Assembly (NCBI GenBank): GCA_964035545.1
Contig: OZ037773.1
Location: 6,353,751 to 6,417,750 of the forward strand
Length of the DNA stretch: 64,000 nucleotides
Direction of reading: 5' to 3'
From: Bugula neritina
Lineage: Eukaryota > Animalia > Bryozoa
Made by a program: the position numbers and the translations under genes. The notes below the pieces were generated by a model that was given only the letters and a program-made list of their open reading frames with translations, was not told where the DNA came from and did no database searches. The first letter of the stretch is position 1, and the number at the start of each line of letters is the position of its first letter. This document shows positions 50,875 through 64,000 of this stretch, one piece after another.

Positions 50875-53352
50875 AGTTGAACTTTGCTGAAAAACATGCT
50901 ATCACTGTGTACTATTTTGTCAATTGATAATTGTAACTATATATGAGTAACAATTTTTTTCTAGAATTAAAAAAAACATTTCGAATTTCGGAAAACTTGA
51001 AAAAAAATAAAGATATAACTAATTAAAATATAAAATTGTACGTTTGGAACACAATTATTTATTTGAGTTTATTGCTTCACAAGCTAAATAATTTATACAC
51101 ATGCATAATTGTAAACATATAATCAGTATTTATTATCAGTTTTTCTTTCAAACTATGCATATGATTTTAGATAAAAATAGGAAAAAGTTATGAAGAGGAA
51201 CGCAGCTAGCATGTGTAATTTTAAATTTAAGAACACATGTCATTATATAAAATTAAAATAAAAACCAGATCATCATAAAAATTTTATAAGTGTCTGGCAA
51301 GAACTATTTTAAAATGCTTCATCTAGGAAATGTTTTATTATCACTTGTAAATACATGCATGCACATCCACACACTTTACTATAAAAAGTTATATAATCGT
51401 CATAATGCAGTCTGTTTGAACTTAATGAAGCTAAGTGGAAACATGCCTTGCAGATGTTTCAGAATTTACATCTACTTGTAAAAATAAGCAAATGAAAAAA
51501 TGTTACTGATTTTATGACAATATCATAATTGTATTTTATTTTATGTAACATAAAATAATAAAGAATAAAAAAGTTAGATTTTTAAATCTCACTCTATAAA
51601 TGATAAAATACAAAATTTAACTTTTAATTCTTGCACTGACAAAAATCCAATTCTGTTTTGTACTGGAAACTCTATTACCAGTCATATATGTATGTGTAAA
51701 TACACTATTTTCAATCTAACGTAGAAGTATTTAACTCTTTTAATCTATTGTAAAACCTGTTAAATCTATAATCAAAGAGAAGCCAATTCTTAATACAGAT
51801 TTAACAAAATGGAAGCTTTCTGTACATTAATTTTGAATATGGATATCATATTTAATACTCTATAATTAGTGCTAGATTACTAATATGATAACTGCATGGA
51901 ATAACTAGAATAGCTATATATAGGAAAGTCAATAATTTCAAGCATTGTTTGGTTAGTTCAACCATTATTCAATCACAACTCCTAATTACTTGCTCAACAA
52001 TAATTACATAATTGGTGCAGCACTAAAATAGTAAACTACGTGAAAATATAGTAAATGGTTCAGCTCTATAGCTCTGTAGCCCTGGGCTACCATGATATTC
52101 TTGCAATCAACATTTCAATATCTTCCTCTTATCACTTGAGCAATTAGTGTTGGTTCAGCAAATACAGGCAGATATAACACAACACCTAATCTTCTCTATT
52201 CAACATGCTACTTAAATTTGCTTGCACTACACGATTAGTGTAAAGTATTGCATAATAACTTCAGATTTTATAGGACTGAACATTTTTTATGTAACAAATC
52301 TGTTGAGCTTAGAGCAAAGCTTTGGAATTTCGAGATTATAAAATTAAAAATTTTGTAGCTCATAACAAGTTTGTTTTGCAAGATTTTGAAGAGTGAAGGT
52401 GAAAAGAAAAACAATGCTTGACTTACTCACTATCCTATGCAAAGCCAAACGGTCTAATTGATGTCAGTTTGAGATTTGAAACGTGTAGGCCTACTGCATG
52501 TAGCTTTAGCATAACATAGTAGATTAGGAATTGCTGTTAACTAATAACATTGACCTTCCCTATGCACTGTACAAGGATTTCTGTCATGACTAACAAATTA
52601 ATGCCACTCACGCATATTGTATAACCAAAAAACAACCAAATCAAGAAAAAGAGTTATATAAGATTTTGAGTCTCACGTTCCTCTCAAATTAGAATTTCAT
52701 GTAGCACTAAACGGCACAAGTGAAACTGTTGCAATTAAGTAACAACTCTGGCTATTTCTTAAAGCTAAGAAATAATAAATTTCTGAATAATTCATAATAA
52801 TATCATAATATCATACTGCAATTTTAAATTTTTCTCAAATAATAAAAAAATACCAAAGGTGAAAATGGCAGTAGATTATACATGTATAATGTCAAATAAT
52901 TATATTTTTTTACTTCATTTTCATTATTTTGAAAACTGCAGGTCAACAATTAAGTTAAGTACTTTATGGATAGCAACTGAATATATTGCTATATTAGTTA
53001 TATATATAAGATATAAGGACCTCAAGATATTGAAATACCATATATTAAATTATTAAAAAGATGCCCAGCAATTTTTTTTTTCTTATCGCTTTAATAATAC
53101 GAAACAAGCTATCTCATTCATTTGGAACCTAACATTATACATTTATTCAATCAAAGTCTCGAAGGTTTATAGCCAGTCACTCTCTGAGAACCCTTGATGG
53201 AATGGGTTTTTAAAGCGAGCAACGACTTTATAAAATGGCAGCGAAATGAAAAACTTATGTTAGTAAAGGTGAAAACAATTTAGCCGTGACATCGCAAAAC
53301 TGCATAACCATCTTTAAATTCCAGATAATTCTCAATCATTTCGTTCAGTCCG

Positions 53353-55900
53353 CTAGCTTGTAGTTGAAGCTGGTGAACTGATACTGTCTACAGTGTTGAG
53401 TAAAGCAGCCAGTTCTCTGTCCTTCTTCAAAGGGTTGACCAGATTGTATCGATACTTAGCACCTATTACCATGCCTAGCCAGCCATTGGCAATGTACCCT
53501 TGCTCTACCTGAACTGGTATGATAACTCTTTTCTTCTCAAATGCATACTCTGCTTCTATAAACACCATACATACCGTAACATAAATTTGTGTATCGAATA
53601 TGTCTCTTATTGTTTAATAGCTTAAGTTTATAAAACATATAGTCTAGAGACCTATAAGGAAACCCAAAATTAAGATAGAGACAAGACTCTAGCTTTAGCA
53701 TCTAAAAATGTATGCGTAGCATTATTGTGTGTAATAGCTCCTATATAGTTATAATATAGCCTACAGTTAGGTGTGTAATCAAATTGACAAAGCTAACTCC
53801 GTAGAAGTGAAGTAATAAAGAAATTTAAAAAAACCTGCGTTCTAGATTAGAAATGTAGCAAAAGAAGTTATATTCTTGAGAGAATTTCAACTCGTGCACC
53901 AAATCAAAGTTTATGAAGTAAATAAAAAAACAAAGGCTTTCTTAATTTCTCCATACTGCACCTAACTGACTCTGTAATACTTAGTACAACATCTTCTAAA
54001 TGCTGATCAGTTAAAACCAGATAAAAAGCATACTGTTGATGGTCTATAGAAAACATCCTAAATAATAATATTAATTTGAACAAAATAAGCATATGGAAGT
54101 CAAGCTTCATAACTCATATTATTCACATATTGACATTCATAATAAAATTGTGAAACTATTCAGTGACATAGATGCATAAATTATGAGGTCAACAACTGAC
54201 AAGTGTCATCAAGTAAATGTTAAATTGAACAAAGTGTGAATTGGAGACAAACAATGTTAGTTAGCTGTAGCATAATTTTTATAAACATATTAGGTTGTAA
54301 TGTCTGTAATTTTACAGTTATGTAATACAATATGTAATACAGCACCTGCTCTACAATTTGCACTTGCTTTATAATCACTACTGTATAGCATGAGGAAGAT
54401 ATCTGCTTTCTCTACTGCCTCACTCATTGCTTCTAGCACAGATTCACCTAACAGAATAAATGGTTGAATTGAGATAATTTACCATACAACAGCTTTCAGC
54501 GTAGCTTTTTTTTTACATAATACAAACTTGAATTATAAAGCATATAATAGTAGAAATGAATTTTATAAAGGAAAAAAACATATTTTAACAAATATGGTAT
54601 GCAAGTCTAGAGTAGGCAAAATAAAAACAGGCCATGTATGATATTAGTTTGGCTGGCTCTATGAAATTACTTCAACCGAGGAAATGCTATTAATATGCTG
54701 GTAATGAATAATGATAGCCTGTTGAAATGACATATGCTCTTCCTCATTAACTTTATCCTCAACGAGTTGTTTCAAACCCATGACTTGGCATATATACAAA
54801 ACTTTATAAGTTGAAAAACCAGTACAATGTCTAAAGTTTTCACATGTGTATAGGATATCATATTTGCTTAACTCCTACTTGTAAAAGAAGTTCTATCTTT
54901 AAACTCAAACAACATACCATTCAATTAGATGATCGTACCTTTCATAATGTTGTTGTAGTCTATCCATACTTTATATCCCTTCTTTACAAGTTTACATTTT
55001 AAATCGTCTGCGTGAGCTCTTGCCTTTTTATTGTAACTTATCATAATGTGACCATCTAAAATCATGTCAACAGCCTATAAGAAACAGTCAGTTTGTGTGC
55101 GACTTGAAAGTTAGTGTTATTTCCTAGACTGCATTACAACTAACACTGAATTTTATAGCAAAGTTTTTAGAGCAGTTGTGGCCTAGTGGTTAGAGTACTA
55201 GCTTAGTATGACACAATTTATCAGTTCAAGTGGTTTTGATTTGATGTCAGGAAAAACCTTTGGTTATAATGGTCTCTGTTCCACAGTATTATAAAGATTC
55301 TCAAACCATGTCACCAGCATGATCAGAGAGGAACAGTTTATACTCTATAGCTTGCTTTAAAAACCCTTGTCGTTATTTCTCATAGAGGTGGAAACTTTGA
55401 GCAAAGTACTTGATAAAATTATCAAAGTCAAGATAATATTATTTTATATTCTATCAACTATTTTCTATATTACAATGCCTTTGCATAAACTCAATCATCA
55501 GAAATAGTTGTTTTGGGCTCAAGCACATAAAATATACATATAGGTTCTAACCACCATTCATGCTTATCAAATTATTGTAGGTAAAATTTTTATTATTATA
55601 TTATTATAACATACATGTGACAGCTGCCTGCTCACCTGTAATAGATAGATCCTGACACCTGTCACACAGTGTCATTCTTCTAGAAGTAGCATTTCCTGTT
55701 GCATTGCCATCTTCTTCCGTGACTACATTGCTGCTAGTACCAGATGCTGATTGCTCTACCATACAAGTGGGCATCACAACCGCTCTCTTCTGAGAAGTTT
55801 CTGTCTTGGGGTCTCCACATGAAGCGTATTCATTGATGTCTTCTGCACATTCTTTACCTGATGGAGTTGTCAAAGCCTCACTGCAGTTTACGACCTCCAT
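53353..55900 (-). CDS. Stand-alone TIR (TIR_2-type) domain protein, 228 aa, 4 exons
   Basis: Exons 55900-55636, 55055-54939, 54447-54346, 53555-53353 in phase; in-frame TAA directly precedes the ATG. TIR motifs HIMISY, GYKVWID..IMKGESVLEAMSEAVEKA, YSSDYKASANCRAEAEYA, IIPVQVE..Y..NGWLGMVIG. Confidence 0.88.
53810..53958. mobile_element. MITE family A copy (inverted) in TIR-gene intron
   Basis: CCTGCGTTCTAGATTAGAAATGTAGCAAAAG ... AATTTCTCCATACTG. Confidence 0.7.
55170..55260 (+). mobile_element. tRNA-derived SINE 5' fragment
   Basis: GCAGTTGTGGCCTAGTGGTTAGAGTA (A box) ... AGTTCAAGT (B box-like). Confidence 0.55.
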
Positions 55901-58351
55901 TTACATTCACCGAATTCTGACTAACAATCTCAGAATGATGAAAACTGCGAACTAGAATTAGAACGTGATAGTCACAAGACCTCAAGTGACACGCTGTGAA
56001 ATGTAGTGTAGCTCTTTTAATACTTTCAAAAGAGGACATGTGTTTCTGATAAAATGCTAATTTATTCATTGAGTTATATAGGTGGCAGATCCTGCAGTAG
56101 TAAACCTACTACTTGCATGTACAGTAATTAAAAACTAATAATATAAACGTTGACAGGTTAGAAGTTCACAAATAAAAATGTAGATCATCAAAAGAATAAT
56201 TAAGATAGCATGTACTTAGTAAGGTATGTAAAAAACGGCTGTTACTATGATGCATCATATGTATTTGCAACAATTATGCTATAAAACATAGGTTTATGTC
56301 ATTGCTGCACAACTAAACTCACAGTAAATTAAATAAAGTCTACTTTAAAATTAGAAGCATGATTGATCAAAACATTTATAGTTTACTGATTACCTATTTA
56401 TGTTTGTTGTTGTTTAATTTGAGGTCACCCTTATTCACGATAGATATAAAATGGGCTTTAATATCAATGAGATGACAACTTCTGTGTATATATATGGGTG
56501 TTGATACTGGAAAACTATAGCTGTGACAATAACCTTTTAAACTGAAATGTAATAAACTGTTTATAACAAAGTTCTGTGATAGCATAATTAGTTTCACACT
56601 CACTAAATGATGCTGAAGCACTTAGATTTAAAATCTACCTTTAAAGTTTTCAATTAAAAATGTAACAATTTGGAGCAAAAGTGAAAATCAATAAATAAAT
56701 TAAATCAGGTTGATTATAAACATTATTTGAAAGTTAACACTGGTGATGAATTACATATTAACAGCTAAATATACCGTATAATACTAACAAGTTTTGCAGT
56801 TTTATTATCTAGTTTTTATTATTCTATATATATATATATGTCGACATATAATTATTAATATTATCATTGTTGTCATATATCACAAGTGTTGCCAGTAGTA
56901 TGTTCTATATATTATACTACATTTATGTATGAAAGTAATATGTGAAGCAATGAGCTAGCTAGCTACTTCTATTCACATGTATATGACTGTTTCAACAATT
57001 AAATTATCAAGACATTTTGTTTAGAATATTGGATCGTAGGAGTTGCTTCATCATGAGCAGATTTGGAGAATTAATGTATTCAAGAAGTACAATGTAACCC
57101 ACTTAAATAAATCTAATTACTATATAGAACAAGGAACACAAGTTTTTTTTCAAATTTAATCCTATAACTTAATAAATATAAATTTCAATAATCCTTTGAA
57201 AGTGATCAAAGCATAGGAAGAAATGCACTTGTGTTTATGTGAGATTCAAATATGGCACTTATAATATGAAAGCAATCAACAATATCGAATATAAAACATT
57301 GATGAAACATTTAAAATAAGGAACAAATTGCCAGCTCTCTTAGTATAGTAAGGGCAAAATTAAATCAATAATGTAATTTTTATATTTGTCTCTAAACTTA
57401 ATTGTTGTATATAATTCAATTTTAACTCCGGCGCCTGTGCATTTAAAGCTAAATAACTCAATAAAGCATATAAATAGTATTATGACATTGTTTTCACTAA
57501 TTACCCACATTGTGGTAATAATTTATTTTGATTGAGTGTGTAATTTGTAAAATTTATGGCATTTCCAAGTAAAAAAAGAACAGTTAACCAGTGATTGCAG
57601 CACCCACTAAACAAATTTAAAGATAAACTTTCAACAAAATTGTGTTTTGTGTTAGGAGGAATGAAAAAATACAAAATATAAACTAAAATATAAATTAAAC
57701 TTTAGTCATTTGAAAAAAACTGAAGTCTTGTTTATTCATATAACTATTTATTTACATTGATGATTTATTTATAGTATATAACAATGTACACTATAACACA
57801 TTATTGATTAATTATAATTAAACTAATGTTTTTTAAAGTTGGAAACTTTGCTTCTAAATGAACAGACATAACTTGTTATCTAGTTTAAATTATCAGAAAG
57901 TGTAATATAAATCTTTAAATTTATCAACAGCTAATGTAAAAATAACATCACAATGTTTATCGCAGAAATAAAAAAAATACAAAACAATGAATTGAAAAGT
58001 GCTTTTAAAAGTATATTATATTATGTTAGGTTTCGTAACAAAAAATAATGCTTGAATAATCTACCACATATATGTGATTTATAACTATATAAATTATAAT
58101 CTCTTGTATAAGTGCCAGTAGCCCTGATATCAGACAACTCATAGCTTGACAGTAAAGAGTAACAGTAAAGAAATGTCTAGTTTATTTTGAGATTTTGAAT
58201 AGGTTGATCTTGTCAAAAGAACAGCAAACAATATAGTATCATAAACCATGCATGCTACTTTAACTTGTTAAACTAGCTATCAAAGACTGATTTAGATATA
58301 CTATCCAATAATTTCTGATCTTCTGTATTCAGATCTCTATAGTTCTTTCAG

Positions 58352-61300
58352 TCACTCCTCACGGACCTTATAAATATTAACTCTATTATAATAAAGGTTT
58401 ATATATGTACTATAATGCCTATTTTGATGTTTTTATTATCTGTGCTGTATCTCTTTCATCTACACAGCCTATACTCACATCTGTTGTACTATGTGCAGAC
58501 TGCAACCCATCTTCTTGCAGGTGATTATCTTGGATATGCTGCTGGTTAGCCTTGTGTGCATTTCTCTGGAGGGTAGAAACGGGGGTTGAGACCCCCGACA
58601 GCCCTGGATCAAACTCCTCAATTCCACCTCTTTCTGTAAAACCAAACAAGTCTGCAGTTGAACACTATAAAGACGGATCTTAGTTATAGATTTTTGCATC
58701 ATTTTCATTTAAAAAGTTAAAAAGACAGAGAAGCCTGGTTTAAAAATTCAACATCTTGAAAAAAAGAAACTATACACTGAAATATGTATGGATTTCAGTT
58801 TTGATTGAATCAGTGAGTTTTATTAGGCATCATTAATCTTTTGTCTGAAGTTAGTTGAACAATATAAAAGCCCAGGGAGCATCTGCAGTAGCTACAATAT
58901 CAAGTGCTTCATGTAAAGTTAATTTCTAAGATACTTAAAAACATAAAAATTCAGTTTATTGGAATAACAATATAATTAATGATAGAGAGTCCTAAATCTT
59001 AATGAAAGTCTTTCATAAGTCATGAACTTTTGACTACGAATTCAAATAACAATTTAGCAAAGTTTATCGGGGCCTAAACTATGCTATATATTAATTAGTT
59101 TGACGAATTCAGAGCCAGTGCATTGCTATATATAAGCTTGTATCTAAAACTTGCTACTTAAGGCACCAATTAAACTGTCTAATTGAAAAAAAATCACTAA
59201 AATGTTTAACAGGGCACACACGCCACACCACACCAAATCAAACATATCGTAGGCACTGTCAACACGCACACACCACACATACGTTAGGCACTGTCAGCAC
59301 GCACACACATACGTAATCATTTGATGTTGCTAAAATTCTCATTACAATAGAAGAGTAGGAAGGTCATAATAGTGTACATATGTTAGCATACAATGTTGTA
59401 CTGATGCACCTGTCTGAGATGCTGTCTCATACAGTTCTATAACTAAACATGTTTCACACAACTAACCTGTAGATCGCTCTTTCCATCTTTGCCTGTGTTC
59501 TCTCAAAGCATTCAGCACCTTGTTGGGGGTGAACTCCTTATAGCCGTTGAAGATAATGAATAGAATGGATAACACAATCCCTACAAATATTAAGGAAGGA
59601 AAGTCAATGCTTCCTACTGCTGGGATAAAATATGTTTGAGTCATTTTATTTTATTTAGCACATTGGGAACAAAATTAAAATTGTTTCAAAATTCATGAAT
59701 ATATACTATTCGAGGTAAGTTCATGTAGTGATTCCAGACATGTGTGAGAAAAAAAGACCTAAAAAGAGTACAGGTAGCCTGTGTTTTTTAAAAAGATAGA
59801 AAATATGCAACAAAATTTGAAAAATTGCCAATTATCATAATATTTGGATTTATTTGTTGGAATTTTATTACTTTAAGGTTATAAATCATTTATATTAGCA
59901 GCTAATTTTTTTATTTTCAATTTCTTGCACAGTTATAAAGTTAGCTCTTTTCAAACTGATCAACATAACCAATAGGCAAACGGCCAAACGCTGGCAAAAT
60001 AGGAACCAGCATGCAACTACATGTACAAACTCGCCACAATTTATCTTGAGTATGAATGTGTAAAGTTTACCATATATACTGATGAAGAAAACATGGGCAG
60101 CTATCAGGTTAAAGGCAGGGTCATGGTAGATTTGGTAAACTCTGTTGACAAGTTGAACAAAGTAGATGACGACGAAAGAAGCGGCGCACGCTGTCAACGG
60201 CTTCAGGTAATCTCTAACTAGCAGCTACAAAACAACTGAATAAAGCAATCTTTTACCTTAAAAAACTCACCCAAATTTATAGTCACTATCTTGGTGAGAA
60301 TCCTTGATGGTGAGGTCTTTTGAAAATGGGCTAAGGACTTATTCAAATGTGGCACAGGAGCAACTATGACTGGATGCTTTTCCTAACATCACCAATGGCC
60401 TTTACTGGAGTTTGAAACCATGACTTTGTGTTTACTAAGTCAAATACTCTAACCTCTAAGCCACGGCTGCGATCACTCTTGCAACTTATTTAAACTACAT
60501 TTTAATTGCAATATAATTATTTATTTTTAAATCAAAATGGCAACAGTGTTTGCTAGAAATTTAATGTGCCCAAGCTTGGACATACTCGTAATATAGAAAA
60601 ATCTAGAATGTTTATCCAGACTTACCTTGTGTCTGTTTTCAAACTCATCTCCAGAATACTGCTTCATGGCTCTGTTGGCGTGCCAGATCATATAAATGAA
60701 CATCAGCAGTATGATCACCACCCCAGTAAACACTGGCCCCCAGTATCTGTAACACAACATCCACTTTTAGATTAATATCATGTTTCAAAATATAAAGTCT
60801 ATTTTACGACCATTTATTTTTGACACAAATACACAAAAATTAGTTACAAGATTTAGGGAAAGAACAATAGGATCGCATTAAGATATTGAAGTGCTTCAAT
60901 TCACATTTTCAAACTTTCCATTATATACTCCAAGATCCCGCCACTCGCGCAGGACCACGGCGGTGAAAGGTGACCAAATTATATACTCAAAATTTTTTTG
61001 GCTAATTTAGAAAATGTAGAAACTGTCAAAAACTATAAACAAATATTTAAAAACTACAATTAATATAAAATAATAGCTATAAAAACTATGAATAACTGTA
61101 CATAGTGTATTTCCTATGGAACAGTAACACTTGTAGTACATCATGTAATAAATACTGATAATTATAGCAATTGTGACGATGCATTTACATAACATAATTA
61201 TTAATTGTTATAATAATTATACTATTTCATAACACATAAAACACAACTGTAGGTTTGTTTTTCATAAAATGTAAATTGAAAAGATAATGCTATTGTAAAT

Positions 61301-63568
61301 ATAACATATGATATGATATATACAATAAATCACACAAGCAATTTAAGTAAATGATCTATCAGTTAGGAGTTGTCATCTACTGGTTATTCAAACTCCTTCA
61401 TAAACTGATAAATAGTAAATAATTATTTTTACATCCCAATTTGTAGTTTACAAAATTTATCCATTTTTAAAATGAGTGACAACTTTCCAACACTATATGC
61501 ATCTATATATTTATTACATTACATTATGCATTATTTCCTACAATATATTGCATTTTATTTCCAATATCATATTATATATTATTTCTTACATTATATTATA
61601 TAGTATTTCCTATACTATATTATATATTATACATTATATTATATCATATTTTCTATATCATATTATATATTATTCCTTGCATTATATTATATATTATGCA
61701 TTATATTATATATTATTTTCTACACTATATATTATACATTATGTTACTATATATCTATATATATTGCCTATATACCTACATTGTATATCGCCATATATTT
61801 CCTGAATGCGTCTTCTTAATCCAGCAGTAAGGTGCAGCAGATGGCCCATAGTCCTGAGTAGAGAGTGGTAAACACGCCAGTACAATAGGTAATGCCCAAC
61901 ACACCGCGAAATACAACCTGAAACACAATTTAGGAGTTATCAGTCACTGATGTAGTGAACTGCCTATGATAGAACAATCACCTGCCTTCTATTATACTTA
62001 AAGGCGGATCAGAGCGTCTTAGGATATTACAAGCAGCTGCATTATAGTTGGATAATAAAGTAGCTGGAAAATTGGGAAATAGGATGATGGGTAATTACTT
62101 AAATAACATTAATATAAATGTACACCATTATATATAATAATATATAATATTATATACTATGATATATAGAGATAATATATTGCATTATATATTCACTACA
62201 TACATTATATAAATATAAAAAATAACATTCAGAAGTTGCAGTAACAAAAAAATTAATTAGCCAAAGCTTTTTAATTGCTTTAGTCTTAGACCATACGTGG
62301 CAACATATATACTAGTATAACTTCTAGTAATAGTCGATTTGGGCTCTGAAAATAAATTACATCTTAAATAAGTTTGATCACACCTGTCTCTACTAATAAT
62401 TGTTGCCAACAGCTTACCATTCAAATCTTTCTGAGTCTTTAGATTTTATGAGTTTTAGAAATAAGAATATAGTCAGGCTTCCAATCCACAAGAATACACA
62501 CAGGTCTGCAAGATGCATATGTAATGTAAATAATACATATGATATATTAAAATTATACAGAGACAATACAAATAGCATAGAATTAATATACTTATGTAAG
62601 ATATAACATTATATATAAAATATTCAATCAAAAAGACACATACAATTTGTTATAGAAATTTAGTATATACTCTAATCTCAAGGCAAATAGTTTATTTAAG
62701 AAGCGCAAATGCAATTTTATATTTATAAACATACAAATGGGAACAGTTATTTAATAATCAATATATTATTCAACTGGAATAATAAGAATGAAGTAAAGCC
62801 TCACCGAAAGCTTGAATAAAGAAAGCTTGGGCAATACAGCGAGAGTCATTGATTCCAATATCTCCATCATGCTACATCAGAAATAGTTTACTAATTATTA
62901 CCTAATACTGATGCTTATCATTACGTACTAGCAAAGTAGAGACTTTGATGTGAGTGTATAGGGCAAGTTTACAGACAAGAAAACTGCAGCATGATACACT
63001 ACATCTGATGCTGCCAGCTCTAGCCTAATATACACACAAATTGAAACTATACAAATGCCTGTTATGAACAATAAGCAGTGCTATAATAATGACTAGCAGA
63101 GTTTAAAATGTATACAGCAAAGCATAGCTAATTAAGTTTACTTCAACTCTGTTTTTATCAGTATTTCTTTGAAATCTAAAATACTAGCCTTAAAGGTCTT
63201 AATGCATGCCTCACAATATCAACTTGCTACAATACTGCACAGTAAATACGTATAACACTTACTACAGTACTACAGATTGAATACGTACACTTACCCCTAG
63301 TTTAAACTACAATTAATACAGCATAGTAAATGCATACACATATCCCTAACTTACTAGTACAGTGCTACAAAATAAATACACATACTAACCCGGAAATAGA
63401 CAATTGAACTGAGTAAATAGATACAACACTTACTGCAGCAGCACAGAGTAAATACATATACTTACCCCTAACCTACTTACACAGTCGTACAAAGTAAATA
63501 CATATACTTACCCCTAAGTAGACAATTGAACTGAGTAAATTAGTCATTAGAAGGTTGCAGAATATTCT
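58352..63568 (-). CDS. cAMP-receptor-like (Dicty_CAR/GPR157-type) 7TM receptor; 5' end not found in window
   Basis: Exons 63568-63512, 62871-62805, 62505-62418, 61917-61780, 60746-60626, 60224-60071, 59580-59467, 58651-58479, 58366-58352 (or read-through to stop 58419) are phase-consistent. Motifs CIAQAFFIQAF (TM3), YFAVCWALPIVLACLP..YGPSAAPYCWI (TM4/ECL2), IWRYTIYWGP (TM5), VNRVYQ (TM6). TM1 and start not found before 64000. Confidence 0.8.
60283..60470 (-). mobile_element. tRNA-derived SINE (most complete copy)
   Basis: Minus strand GCAGCCGTGGCTTAGAGGTTAGAGTA (A box) ... GGTTTCAAACT (B box); adjacent 60283-60350 resembles 53165-53240. Confidence 0.6.
61490..61775. repeat. AT-rich low-complexity tract
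   Basis: ATATTAT/ATATATT/TTTCCT units next to a GPCR exon donor. Confidence 0.8.
63230..63540 (-). repeat. Degenerate tandem repeat derived from a GPCR exon end and its donor
   Basis: Repeated AGTAAATAC..TACTTAC units (GTAAGT on minus); 63397-63418 is identical to exonic 63519-63540. Confidence 0.75.
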
Positions 63569-64000
63569 CTACAAAATACAAATAAATGTTAGCACAACTC
63601 CAACAAAACAAACTAAAATATCTAGCTTCAAAAACAATACATTTTCACATGGTGCTTTACTAGTTTATATATTAGATCTTTTACAAGTGATTTAAATAGG
63701 ACATATGTATATAGCATTTTGATTCAACTATCAGGTTTATCATATACTATGCAAAGGTATTCCTAGGTGGTTATTTAAACTGTAAGAGTAAGAAGGAATA
63801 TAATATCTATGTAACTATATTTCATTTCAAATGGCCACGAAACAAGAATACAAATATTTATAAACTTTGTAATTATTATTAAAATAGTTGCTTGGTAAAA
63901 GTTAGGAGCAATTACTGTTATTATTTTTATAAGAGCTGAGGGGAGTTATGTCTTTCACTTTATGGAATTGTCACAGGATCATTGAACTAAAGCTAGAAAT

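Noticed and set aside
55170-55260. tRNA gene
   Set aside because: A box present but no cloverleaf; explained as a SINE head.
61476-61805. Ile/Tyr-rich ORF (also 49268-49516)
   Set aside because: Translation of AT-rich low-complexity intron sequence.

Overview
AT-rich, intron-containing eukaryotic DNA, most likely from an invertebrate animal; no prokaryotic features are present. By matching GT-AG junctions and exon phases by hand I reconstruct seven spliced genes: TACC-family centrosomal protein (-, 463-15705), MOSPD1-like MSP-domain protein (-, 18329-21194), divergent Rab11-like GTPase (-, 25147-29135), long Stum/SPEC3-family membrane protein (-, 38617-47404), CIMIP1/C20orf85-like ciliary protein (+, 48872-50874, head-to-head with the stum gene), a TIR-only protein (-, 53353-55900) and a 5'-truncated cAMP-receptor-like 7TM protein (-, 58352-63568). 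Non-coding DNA holds minisatellites, two MITE families and a tRNA-derived SINE. Most notable: (1) tandem duplications spanning an exon end and its 5' splice site in several genes, including an in-frame 27-bp array of about 8 donors in the stum gene; (2) two roughly 1-kb intergenic tracts with a strand-symmetric 6-bp TnA periodicity and many hairpins but no fixed repeat unit; (3) candidate 6-, 12-, 19- and 24-nt microexons; (4) RFX X-box-like sites around several cilia/centrosome genes. All gene models and family calls come from manual translation and remembered family motifs, not database searches or RNA data.
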